DNA of 39,276 nt from Catajapyx aquilonaris (taxonomy: Eukaryota), in contig JYFJ02003642.1 in the NCBI GenBank assembly GCA_000934665.2, forward strand, positions 1-39,276. The letters run 5' to 3'. Below the pieces are notes generated by a model, which searched no databases, was not told the DNA's origin, and was given only the letters and a program-made list of their open reading frames with translations. Below, in pieces: positions 14,096 through 27,928 of this stretch. The stretch's first letter is position 1, and each line of letters opens with the position of its first letter. The position numbers and the translations under genes were made by a program.

Positions 14096-14650
14096 CGTCT
14101 CGGAGGATATGCTGCACTCGACTGGATCAAGACGGCTCCTTTCTCCTCAATCCTGTGGGGCGTACTGAATAAATGGTGACATTGGTGACCGCAGATATAA
14201 GTAACTTTTATGGGCAGAGGGCGAGACTTCCTTATCGGAAGAGATGTCAGTGGGTTTTCCCCACCCAACAAATTTCATCAGAAGATCACAAGGAAGGAAG
14301 AGAGATAAAGTCAGCTTGAATTGTAATTCCGGTATTCCAATGAACTCCAGGTCATCATTATAGATTGGTTTCATGTTGGTGCAACATATACATTTCATGA
14401 CTATCTGCCAGCTGGCAGAAGGAAGAGAGGCGAAATTTCATGCACTTCGAACTTCCCTTGCTCACATGAGCATTGGCGTCGTTGTCTGTATGTGCCATGG
14501 GTCAAATGATTTGGGCGTTCGCTTTATTTTTATGCGGAGATAAGCAATGGATGCTTATACATGATGACCTTCATCAAAGTCGGGAGGTAACAGCCGTGTT
14601 CCTCTTTGATTTGATAAGAAGGAAAGTGGTAATATTCTCCAGACTACCAA

Positions 14651-15094
14651 TGTTTCCACCAGCATAATTTTTGTTCTGGACAAAATTTATGCCAAGATAA
14701 TTATGTTTCCTTGACGATTTTTGTGCAGCACAAATAAACACCTGTTCCAACCAGGACAATGTTTGTTCTTTTCACAAAAAGAAACAAAAATGAGCGCTCG
14801 GAAGGGAGCACCCGAAGTTCCGAATGTGTTTTATTTAGACTGAACCCCAGCCTGTCCTGATATCGTGTAGCTTAATTTAAATGTCAATATTGTGCTTGAA
14901 TTATGGCAAAATAATTCCAATAAGTCCGCCGCGGTTGGCCATCTTGTATATTTCCATTTTGTGTCGGGCACAACTATTTTGTGAAAATATCAAAATTTTG
15001 TACTTTGGTATAATTATACCAAACTGTTTGATTTTGTGCTCAATTTTTGTGCTTTTCTTTTTGTGCTCAAAAATTATGCCGGTGGAAACAGGCT
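14651..15094. mobile_element. Degenerate TIR element (probably Harbinger-type MITE)
   Basis: TGTTTCCACCAGCATAATTTTTG at ~14651 pairs with CAAAAATTATGCCGGTGGAAACAGGC at ~15068-15093. The left terminus is eroded. Confidence 0.55.
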
Positions 15095-15134
15095 TTTAAA
15101 CTCAGGTTCTGCTGCAGGTTTAGGGTCGGTGAAC

Positions 15135-15815
15135 GTGGCCCCACGTCCAGATATGTTCAGAAGTGTCCAAAGACTAAAAATCGTAGCGAGTTTCATGTCT
15201 TTATCACCGAATTCAAGCTCACTATTTAAAATATAAATGCATGTTGCACCGTCTGTTGGATTTGGCAACCCCGCTATAGTGACCTCCAGATGGCAGTCAT
15301 TGTGGTTCCACGTCCAGATATGTTCATAAGTGTCCAAAGAACTAGTGCACCGAGATTTACTTCTTTATCACCGAATCGAATCTCCCTATTCAAATAGAAA
15401 CGCATATGTTGCGCCTGTTAGATATGGCAACCCTGTGAGTGACTCAGAGCGTGATTATCCATTGTGGCCTCACTTCCAGACGTGTTCATAAGTGTTCAAA
15501 GACCAATTGTGGTGAATTTCAGGTTTTTATCACCGAATGCAAGGTCCTTATTCATGTAAAGGTCTGCGTTGCACCAGTTGGATTTGGCAACCCCGCGAAA
15601 GTGACCTCCAGTGGGGTCATCCAGGGTGGCTCCACGTCCAAATATGCTCAGAAGTGTCCAAAGAACTAGTGTACTAAGTTTCATGTTTTTAATCACCGAA
15701 TTCAAAGTCCTGAAGGTATGTTGCACCTGATAGATATGGCAACCCTGTGAAAGTGAACCCCGGCGGGGTCACCCATCGTGGGCTTTCGTCCAGGTATTCT
15801 CAGAAGTGTCCAAAG
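15135..15815. repeat. Diverged tandem repeat, ~165-bp unit, ~4.3 copies
   Basis: The motif CCACGTCCAGATATGTTCA(G/T)AAGTGTCCAAAGA recurs at ~15141, 15308, 15471, 15632 and 15786, with TTATCACCGAAT and GGCAACCC in each unit. Confidence 0.85.
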
Positions 15816-16882
15816 AGCGTTATATCGAGGTTTTACTGTAGTTGGTTTCAACCAAAAGTCACCTATAGCTGTCTCTATTTTCATTTGCAACATTTAATAC
15901 ATTATTGGAAATGGCATTATTTGTGACGTGTTACCGGTCAGATTAATCAGTTTTCCGGTTTTGCAATGTGTCTAATGATATTGTGCTGCTGAATTTTCTT
16001 GTTGTTCATTTGTTGAGAGAAATTGCTGTCATTTGGGTCATTGTTGGGCTTGAATCACAACAAACAAAGGAAACCAGTGGAAAACCATGTGTTGATGGCC
16101 GCGTATGAGACCAACAACAACTTGAGCCAGAAACAAGTCAGATGATTGATGTGGTCTAGTACGAGTATAATGTGAAAATGTGAATCATTGTAGTTGAATA
16201 TTCATCTCCATAGATAATGCAAAGAGCAGTGTTCATCATCACTACGGCCATTTATTTATTCACAATGTAACAAGTACATCCGACACCATCACTATATCAT
16301 GCCGTGTAATCAGCGTAGAATAGTATTTCTTCGTTGTTTTATATCTTGTCCTTTTAAATCATTAGTTTATATACAGGAGGGATATTTTCATCCGGTGAAG
16401 AACCGCACGCATGCCTATTATAGACTATCTCAGCTTCATGCACATTTTTTTGAGTGCATAAATGCTCCAGAACTGCAGTTTTTCAAGTTCAGAATTTTTA
16501 CGAGATCAAATTCATTGAAGTCAACATGAGCATATTTGTGCAGTAATAAAATTGCTAATTTTTAGACTTTTTCTCATCAAAAAAGGCCCTATAGAACGGC
16601 TCTGTCATGGCCAACTTCAGGTCTTTTTGATGTCTACACCGAAATACGCCCAACAGAAAAATAATTGTAACCAAAATTTGAATAAGAAATAACTCGTCAT
16701 TAATTTATTACAGTCGTTGTACAACAAAAAGTCAAAATAAAAACTCTGAATAAATATTGGCAGCCTGCGCACTTGTGTTTTCTTGTGCACATTTTAAATA
16801 AAAAAAACTAAATACATTCTGATTTATAAAAGCATAAATAACAATCAAATGCAATGGTGAGTGTGAAGTGATTGAACCTCAA

Positions 16883-17641
16883 TCACACAAAATAATGGTC
16901 ATCCGGTTCTCGAGCAAGACTTGGTTTGCGTGCTGCACAGACGCATCCGGTGTACACCACTTGGTACTTGTGACTGCGACGATTCCGGTATTGGTGATGG
17001 TGGTCTCCTGCATCATCATCATCATCATTGTCGGCCTTGCTTCTGGTTGTCATCCTGATGGTGGAGGTGACCTGCACGCAGGATGCTCCAGGGAAGCGGA
17101 GGCTGCAGTCCTCCTCTGGACAGAGGCACTTCAGACCCAGGACCAGGCTGGGACTGCGGCCCTTCTGGTGGTCCACCACCCAACGGACGGGGCACGAACC
17201 CAGGACCACAGACTCCCTCAGCCAGACGGGCTCAACCTTATTGCAAGACAATAATTAGGAATAAGGGTCACATCCGTCCAAGTGTATACAGAACAATAAG
17301 AGTGAGCGTACCTGCATGTCCCTCAACGGAGCATGAAGATACTCCACCACGTTGACGTCCATGCCCTGACACGACGACGTCTCCTGCACCATGAGGTCTC
17401 CCTGGTGGAGGTGCAGGGCAGCCTCTGGTACCACGATGGCCGTCGAGTGGGGGCAGCGGTGGTCGCGTCTGCTACTGCTGGACACTGCACTTCTGCTGCG
17501 GTACCTCGGACCAGACCTGGTCCTGTTCTCCAGCCTTACTTCCAGCCAGTCCTCAGCCGAAGAAGGTGCAGGGATGGCCTGGACCAACTCTGCTGCCACC
17601 AGACAGAAGGACAATGAGAGGGAAATCAACTTCTGGTTCAT
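16883..17641 (-). CDS. Secreted cystine-knot cytokine-like precursor, IL-17-like, copy A (227 aa, 2 exons)
   Basis: Exons 17641-17312 and 17236-16883 with a 75-nt GT-AG intron. Signal peptide MNQKLISLSLSFCLVAAELVQA, RYRSR/RR basic sites, and C-terminal SCPVRWVVDHQKGRSPSLVLGLKCLC....C....SCVQV...I...VYTGCVC, which fits the invertebrate IL-17 pattern. The gene is well supported; the family assignment is less so. Confidence 0.75.
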
Positions 17642-17654
17642 GTTGGTGTTACAA

Positions 17655-17730
17655 GTGACTGACTCTCATTTCGGATCCTCTGCAATTAATATATATACTC
17701 ACCTGAGACAAGCCGAATAATCCCCGTTCA
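17655..17730 (-). promoter_or_regulatory. Putative core promoter of IL-17-like copy A (TATA + Inr)
   Basis: TATATATA at ~17690-17697 lies about 30 nt upstream of the arthropod-type Inr TCAGTC (~17657-17662). The arrangement is conserved in copy B (~27948-27981). Confidence 0.5.
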
Positions 17731-19021
17731 TTTTCCCCGCTCAATTTTGTACTATAGTTTACACACGACAGGTAAAAGAGTCTTATCAGCACTTTATCAG
17801 TGACGAAACGCAGCTTCTCTTTGCAAACTTTGCACCTGAGCTGATAAAGGCAGAGTAATTCCTGATCGGAGTGGTGCTGGCCTTTGATTGGATATCTCTG
17901 TGTAGTACACACGGCCGTAATGATATACGGTGATTCATGTTGTTGTGGATTCCCCCTGTGATGACAGCTCAATTTTGCGGGAAAGGTAGTTCTTGCCAGA
18001 AAGAGCGAGGACAATATTGTAATCATTGGTCATTTGTTAGCATAGAAGATGTTAGTATATGCCATTATCACATGGATCAAGTGTGTAATGTCGATAAAAT
18101 TATTTAGCATAGGTATTCGTCACCATGTGTCCTGTTGAGCTAAGGAATAATACTGAAAATAGCTTTACTCCTAGCAGTAATAATCCAAGACAACAATATT
18201 ATTCGGTCCAGTTGTATACATGAATGGATTAATTTAAGGGAAAGTTTCAATTTATTTATTCACACTACATGTGTATACATTTGAGTGATTTTATGTTGAT
18301 ACAAGTTGACGAAACGTGGCCTAAATCACTATGGCGTATCATTTTATTGTAATCATTGAAAGTGTGTGACATATTAATTATTTTCATAAGTTACATAATA
18401 TACGGTACTGTTGTTCCTTTGCAACACCTTTTTTTCTTGTTATATCATTTTCTCAAGCATTTTCTCCAATTGCACATTTACTGTCAGTCTGTGTTTCTGT
18501 GGTGAAAAAAACTCAGTACATTTCAAGTCATGTACTTTATTTCAAACCAATGAATATTGTAATACACTGGAAAAAAAGTAACAATTTACATTTTGAAACC
18601 TTCATTTTTGCTATACATCCTAACAGTGAAAACACTCCACCCAAAACTAATGTGCCTGTGGCCATTATTTTATTTGAAACCAATTTTGCAACTAAGTTAA
18701 GGGGAATTATAATTTGTAATTTATCTCAAATTCCTCTCTTGCACGTTGTCCAAGATGTGACCATTTCTTACGTACAATGCATGAGTCAGAATGAGCAGAC
18801 TTCTCAGGTGAACAGAGCCTTACTTCATCGTTTTATCCTTTCGACGTCCCTCAAAAATCATAACTTTTTAAAGGCACCCAAATTAGAAAATAATTTGCGT
18901 TTCCAACATATTGAAACATTTTGTGCATTTGTGTCAATTAAAGTGAACGTTCATGGAAATATGCTGAACCATAATCAAAATCAGTAACCTCCAAATTTCA
19001 CCCATTTATACTGGTCCGACT

Positions 19022-20778
<1,757 letters not shown>

Positions 20779-20963
20779 CGTCTCGGATGTAGGATGCTGC
20801 ATTCGACTGAATCAAGACGACTCCTTTCTCCTCAATCCTGAAGGGCGTACTGGATGACTAGGGACATTAGTGACCGCAGATGTAACATTTATTGTGGGCA
20901 GAGGGCGAGGCAGAGATTCCTTTCCCAATCATGAGGAAGTGTGAGGAGGCACATGGATCGGAT

Positions 20964-21106
20964 GTAGCCACACTCTACTCGGTGATATCATCCTTCTTGT
21001 CCTGATAACGACAATCAAGCAGCAGATGTGGTGAGGCAGTGACCAGGCTGCTTGATTGTCGTTATCAGGACAAGAAGGATGATATCACCGAGTAGAGTGT
21101 GGCTAC
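20964..21106. repeat. Perfect 60-bp-arm inverted repeat upstream of FReD copy 2
   Basis: 20964-21023 is the exact reverse complement of 21047-21106, with a 23-nt spacer. Confidence 0.95.
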
Positions 21107-23713
21107 TCTCAAAATACTCCTTCTCGTGTCACCGCAGCATCCTTTGGTATCACTGGTGGATTCACGCCCCCTGAAGGAAACACTGAAAATAACAAATAAT
21201 TCGCTTGAATCTCTTTCGAGTTGTGGAATCTAACAGAGCAGGAAAATAGTGCAAAATTTATTGAGTGAAAATCTATAAGAATATATATATATATACCATT
21301 AAGGATTGATTGTAGTTGCGAAAATAATTCGGATTTTTACGTCACAGTTTTACACGAGAACGGGGCCGATGATATACGACTTTTTGTTAATAATTTTTAT
21401 TGAAATGCCACATAATATATAATCTATTATTCTGACAAAGTTGCTCGGGGGAATATTCTATTACCAATAAGTAAATAAAACCAATTGTTGAGCAGATTTA
21501 CTCATTATGTGAGATAGTGGGAGGTCATGCACATTTTTTTGAGTGCGTAAGTCTTCCGGAGCTGCAGTTTTTCAAGGTCAGGGTTTTTAAAATGTTGTGC
21601 AGCTGGAATGAAAGTTGATTCAAATTGTCGTTTTTAATACCCGTAACTTGAGCGCAATTAAAACCATTAAAGTCAACATGAGCACATTTGTGATAAAATT
21701 GCTAATTTGTACACTTTTTCTCATCAAAAAGTCTTCAAATAGAGCGGCTCAGACCGTCTGTCCGTGGACAGGTATCAAGGCCTAAACCGCAGGAGATAGC
21801 AACATACGGTTTTCGTATTCGGATTCGGTGGACCATAAACTATCGGTTTCATGACCTGCTCCTGATATGGCCACATCAAGTGCACCATGGCCACATGAAG
21901 TATTACATTTTTATTTGTCTCAATTGCGAACAGTAATATTTGTTTTAACAATCTCAATTTTGTCTTGTGCTTTTCTCTTGAATAATTTCAGATGGGTTTT
22001 TTTCTAAAAAGAAATTGTAATGTCAATTTTGCAAACAACCTTATTTTTAATGGCAATTCATGTTTTGAATCCACTTTTGCATAACAAAAAGGATCATTTC
22101 GTATCATGTTTATTGATTTCACCCCAAAATTATTTCATTTCAGCAGAACTGCTCTATGAAACTGGAAAAAAAATCACAATTTGTAGAACGTGGACCAAGG
22201 GTGGCCATATCATGTACACATGTTCCTGATATGGCCACTGTGTCGACTTTTGGAATTCTTTTTTTTTTTTTTTTGACCAGCAAAACTATTTTCCTGGGGA
22301 ATTAAATTTATTCTTATGACAGTCCATTAACCTGGGAACAATTGCAAAAAAATGTTGTGATTTTTTTTTCAAAAAGCGGCTAGAAAAATTCTCAAGCCTT
22401 AGCATGGCCATAGCAGGTACAACCACCTTAGTACACAAGGCCGTAATAATAAAGAGTATGGTGTGCCATTATATTGAAAACATACAAAGTGTGATGTGAC
22501 ATATTTACATTAGTTACATGTAGGCCTACTGTTGTTCCTTTGCAGCACGTTTTTTTCTTATTATGTCATTATTCAATCACACAATTTGCTGTCAGTTTGG
22601 GATTTTAAAAAAACTCGTGCAGTTCAGGTTATGCACTTTATTTCAAAGAAATAAATTGTAAGTGAGTGGAAAAAAGTAACAAGCACCATTCTGGAATAAT
22701 ATTTTATTTTGCTACATGCTGACATTTTACAGTGGAAACACTCCACCCTAAACGAATGTGCCTATGGCCGGCCATTTGTTTGAAACAAATTTTGCTACAA
22801 ATTTTAAGGGGAATTATTATTTGTCATTGATTTCAAATTCCTCCCTTGTATATTATCCTATAGAAGCGGCCATTTCTTACATTACACATTAGTCATGTTG
22901 TGCAGACATATCAGGTGCACAGAACCTCCCTTCAGAGTTTCATCCTTTCGACGCTTCTCAAAATCATGACTTTTTAAAAGAGACCCGAATTAGAAAATAA
23001 GTAGCGGTTCCATCACAATTATGGAACCATCATGTGTATTTGTGTCAGTTAAAGTGAACGTATACGGAAAATAATGGTGCTGACAATCAATATCAGTATT
23101 CTCCAAATTTCACAAATTTAATATTTTGTATGATGGATAAAGAGTTCAGTACAGTCTGAGTACAGTAGCTACTAATAGGCCTAGTGAGACATGCCTACTA
23201 ATCAGGTCAGCCTTATTAAGTTTCCACGCTGTTTTTTTCACGTTTGGATAGTTTGATGGTCAAGGGAAAGGGGCTAGAAAAGATGGGTAAACATGCTTGG
23301 ATGTTGCAGTGTTTCCAAGTGTAGGTGTGCTGCGTAATACCCATTTATTCAATGTTGAAACCGGTTGAAACTCTATATTGCCTAATCATCTATTAGCAAC
23401 TGATGTAAAATGTCCCGTGGCATACGTATGTTCTCCATTATTTTTAAAAAAATAGAGGCGGAATGCATTATAGTTATGATAAACGAGACCCCGATTTGAG
23501 AGTAATGTTGTGTATATGATCACTCACATTGTCATTGAACTAAACTACTAATTAGATTGCCATTACTTTAAAAGAAACTACGATATACCCCACTAATACC
23601 CGATAATATATAACAATGGTGCGCAGGCAAGGGTGGTGAGTATATGGAAGGGTGACAAGTGCACTTGTCACCCTTCCATATACTCACCACCCTTGAGAGT
23701 CATTACTGGTCGT

Positions 23714-26414
23714 TCATCTGGGTCTGATCTTCATGGCTGCCCTTCTCAGAGAGTAACTCCATGTTCCCTTCCACTTATAGCCCCAGATGACACCTTGATC
23801 GAATTGGCCGTGTTCTCCCTTGAGATAAACTCCGTTCAGATTGGACTGGAGGCATCCATAGTACCACCAGCCACCCTTGTTCTTCTCTGCGCAGTTCAAT
23901 CCACCATTACCATCGTTGTCCCTGTCTCTTGTGGAGAAGGCCCATCCATTGTGTTCGACAAGATAGTCCCACGGATCTCCTCCTCCTCCCGGTCCTTTCT
24001 GGTATCCTCCAACACTGAGCTTGTACTTCTCCCCTTCCCCTCCGACCCTAAAAGTGTGGTACGAGGCGACCCTCTCCTCCCCCTCCCAATCCTCCAGCTC
24101 CACCCGGAGTCTCATCGGAGTGGAAGGGTCTCTGGTCAGTCCGTGGATGGTGTCCAGACCTGTACGGGGTGGGACAATACGTGTTTATGTTTCATGGGGA
24201 CTTATCGGACTACTACTTAATATACAGTACATGTAATACGGTAGTAGTCCGATATTTATGGGGATTACAATCAAGAGCAATAAGTCCGGCAATATTATGG
24301 AACGACAATATTTCAGAATAGGCTTCGACGTAGAAAATATTACTTTAAATATATAATTATCATTTCAGGAATCTGAATAAAAAATATCCTGCAACGTAAC
24401 AATACGTATACACAAACCACTTCCACCGACGGCCTATCGCCCGACGTGCCCTTTTGGTCCGAAAATACATTGAGTAAGGCCTACATGGAGCTACGTACGA
24501 GACACGTAGATACTTTCAACATATAAAAATGTACATCGAACGAGATGTCTTCGGGTGTAATTATCCTGTATATCTGCATCAATCAAATAATGTGAGACGA
24601 TGTGGGGTTAATCGTATATGAAAAGGTAATATTGGATGTGATGTTTTCAAACTAAATTAGTTGCTCGTAAAGTTATAATACTAATGGGTATGTCGTGTAA
24701 TATAAAAATGTCGAAATTACAGAAATAGTTTGCGGGACGATTGTTTGAAGGGAAGCAATGATCACAAGTCAGTCGCGTCATTACTTTTTTTTGGCCAATA
24801 GTACTGCAAAGTGCCTGCTGCAGAGAACAGTCAATAACTTTTTACCATATACTTCATCCGATTTAACAGGAACTTGGCACTACACCATCCGACACCATCA
24901 CTATATCATGCCGCGTAATCATCGCAGAATAACATTGTTTCGTAGTTTCATCTTGTCCTTTTAAACCATTAAGTATACATTAGGGGTATTTATATCTGGT
25001 GAATAATCGCACGTCCCCACTTTGAATTCTGGTTCATTAGGCCTGTCGATTCGATTCGTCTCCTGTGATGGTGACAAGTAGTGATAAGAGTGCAACTCAC
25101 CCAGCCAGAACTCCCCTTCCAGATCACCAAACCCTCTCTTGTAGTCTGCCCATCCTCGGTTGAAGTCCACGTGAGGCTGGATGTCGTCTCTTCTTTGTAT
25201 GACTGTCCACCCTCCTCTATCCGTGGTCATGTCGCAATACACCTGGGGACGAGACAATATTAGTGGGCGACGTAAATTCCACACCGGTGTTATTAATCTT
25301 CCACACAATGTAGCCCAGCCCCCAATCATTCAGAGTGAATGCGACCTTTTATCCGCGAGCCTCACCTTGACTTGTTTTCCAGAGAGTGTCAGGGAATACA
25401 AGCCAGATGTGTTGAGTCCTCTTTGCTTAAGCTCGTAGCAATTATTTCCTGGATTAATTATTGCAGGAGGTGTCAGGTCTGAAAGAAATGCAAATCTATA
25501 TATAATTACGCATTCAGCCATTTTGTATAGTCATGAAATTGCCACGAAAAGTTGGAGTGATATAGTCCGAATATTATTGCATTCTGATCACTGGAAATTA
25601 CTGGACCAAAATGTAGTTAACTGAACACAAAATATTTGATAATCCCAAATAAATTAGTGTTATGTACTTCCGGTTGGGAAATTATTACCCGACACGGAAT
25701 CGAGCTGAAAATACGTACTAGTTGAATAAGATTACTTTTCCCTGGTAACCCCTGAACTAGATTACTGCAGGCGACAATGAAATTTTTACCGTCAGAAAAT
25801 ATTTTGAACGGATGTAGTTATTTGTAATAATTATTGCATATGAAAAAATGTGCAACTCGGTTTTATGGTTTATGCTCTATCAATTATTAGGGTTCTGCGA
25901 ATATTAGCATTATTTTCTAATTCTCAATTTTGGAACTTTCTCCACTTTAAAATCACAACTGGTGGCGCAAGGAAGGATATGCGCAGTTGACTTTGGCATA
26001 CTTCCAAAATGCTCTGCGAATTATTTTAGTCGGCTCTTTTTTCACCTCACCTCGGCTATAACAGACTTGGACCTTCTCTTCTAACGATTTCATTCTCTCT
26101 TCTAATGTCTCCTTGATTTCTTTCCCTTCTCGTGCTGCATAATGAAAATAGCAAGATCATATTAATCTACTTTAACACGACTTGATAAAATAATGTCCCT
26201 CATTACCTGATCGAGCAAATCCATCCTCCACAGCTCTCATCACGGATTGGATGGCCAGTTCCAGTCTGTCTATCTGACTGGTTTCCTTTGGACGGGCAGC
26301 ACGGGGAATGTTTTCGGCCGCATTGTTTCTGAGGGCCAGGGAATGATTGGCCCCTGACAGGAACAACAGAAGGGTGGCCAACAAATAGAGACCAAGACTG
26401 CTGGTGTTGGCCAT
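23714..26414 (-). CDS. Secreted FReD protein, copy 3 (5 exons)
   Basis: Exons ~26414-26207, 26134-26051, 25478-25366, 25242-25101 and 24159-23714. Signal peptide, coiled coil ending VQVCYSR, and a full FBG domain. Confidence 0.93.
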
Positions 26415-27199
26415 CGTCTCGGAGGATGCTGCACTCGACTGGATCAAGACGACTCCTTTCTCCTCAATCCTGTGGGGGGTACTGAATAAATGGTGACATT
26501 GGTGACCTCAGATAAAACATTTGTGGGCAAAGGGCGAGACTTCCTTATCGGCGGAGATTATATTTTCCAAGCCATTAGGAAGAGAAGGCACATGGATCGG
26601 ATGAAGCCACACTCTACTGGGTGAAATCATCCTTCGTGGCCTGATAAGTGATATAACCCCGATCACTCGGAAAATGTGACGAGGAAGTGGGCAGAAGAAG
26701 GAAGACGCTCAAAATACTCCATCTCATGTCACCGCATCATCCTTTGGAGGCGGACAAGATCCCGTATCACTGAGTATATATTCATTCCCCCTGAAGGAAG
26801 CACTGAAAATAGCAATTATACGGTTTCCTGTTTACGTTAGAGAATCAGTATCAGGCACGGACAAACTGTTTTATGATTCAGCGGACCCTAAATATGCTCC
26901 ATATAGTCAACTTCCGGTCTCTTCTTTGATGTCTATACACCGAAATGAGAATACAAAATTCTCCCAGAAGAAAAGTAATTCCAACAAATATTTGTATATG
27001 AAATAACATTTCATTTTTATTACAGTTGTACAAAAATGTCAAAATGAAAACACTGAATAAATATTGGCAGCCTACGCATTTTGCTTGTGCGCATTTCGAT
27101 ATTTGAAAAGCCCTAAATGCATGCTGATTTATATAAAAAAGTATAAATAACAATTGGATGCAATGATGAGTGTGAAGTGATTGAACCTCAATGGCTCAA

Positions 27200-27928
27200 T
27201 CACACAAAATAATGGTCATCCATTTCTTGAGCAATCGTTGGCTTTCGAGCTGCACAGACGCATCCAGTGTACACCACTTCTTGCTGCTTGCGACTGCGAC
27301 GATTCTGGTTGTCTTCTGTCTTGCCTCTGGTTGTGACAGGGATGGTGGAGGTGACCTGCACGCAGGATGCTCCAGGGAAGCGGAGGCTGCAGTCCTCCTC
27401 TGGACAGAGGCACTTCAGACCCAGGACCAGGCTGGGACTGCGGCCCTTCTGGTGGTCCACCACCCAACGGACGGGGCACGAACCCAGGACCACAGACTCC
27501 CTCAGCCAGACGGGCTCAACCTTATTGCAAGACAATAATTAGGAATAAGGGTCACATCCGTCCAAGTGTATACAGAACAATAAGAGTGAGCGTACCTGCA
27601 TGTCCCTCAACGGAGCATGAAGATACTCCACCACGTTGACGTCCATGTCCTGACACGACGACGTCTCCTGCACCATGAGGTCTCCCTGGTGGAGGTGCAG
27701 GGCAGCCTCTGGTACCACGATGGCCGTCGACTGGGGGCAGCGGTGGTCGCGTCTGCTACTGCTGGACACTGCACTTCTGCTGCGGTACCCACCAGACCTG
27801 GTCCTGTTCTCCAGCCTTACTTCCAGCCAGTCATCCTCATCGGCCGAAGAAGGTGCAGGTATGGCCTGGACCAACTCTGCTCCCACCAGACAGAAGGACA
27901 ATGCGATGGAAATCACCTGATGGTTCAT
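27200..27928 (-). CDS. IL-17-like secreted cystine-knot precursor, copy B (217 aa, 2 exons)
   Basis: Exons 27928-27596 and 27520-27200, with the same cysteine skeleton and intron as copy A. Confidence 0.75.

Noticed and set aside
15135..15815. Regularly spaced repeats resembling a CRISPR array
   Set aside because: The intervening sequences are homologous to each other, the context is eukaryotic, and there are no cas genes.
16883..17236. Spaetzle or trunk/PTTH identity for the cystine-knot gene
   Set aside because: It lacks the spaetzle-type Q.V..E.C and P.CC.C motifs and the trunk/PTTH DLG..(Y/F)PRY motif. The CP..R.P..CxC..GCxC spacing fits IL-17 better, though this is not excluded without a profile search.
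18499..18987. 162-aa + strand ORF
   Set aside because: It lies in an AT-rich spacer whose paralogs (22500-23120, 29100-29700) do not keep the frame.
21840..22430. Probable TE remnant with repeated CCTGATATGGCCAC motifs
   Set aside because: Termini and TSD could not be defined, so it is not listed as a feature.
24202..24255. Intronic inverted repeat ATCGGACTACTA..TAGTAGTCCGAT (also ~30737-30810)
   Set aside because: The stem is short and the loop is not conserved between copies; most simply a transposon footprint inherited by copies 3 and 4.
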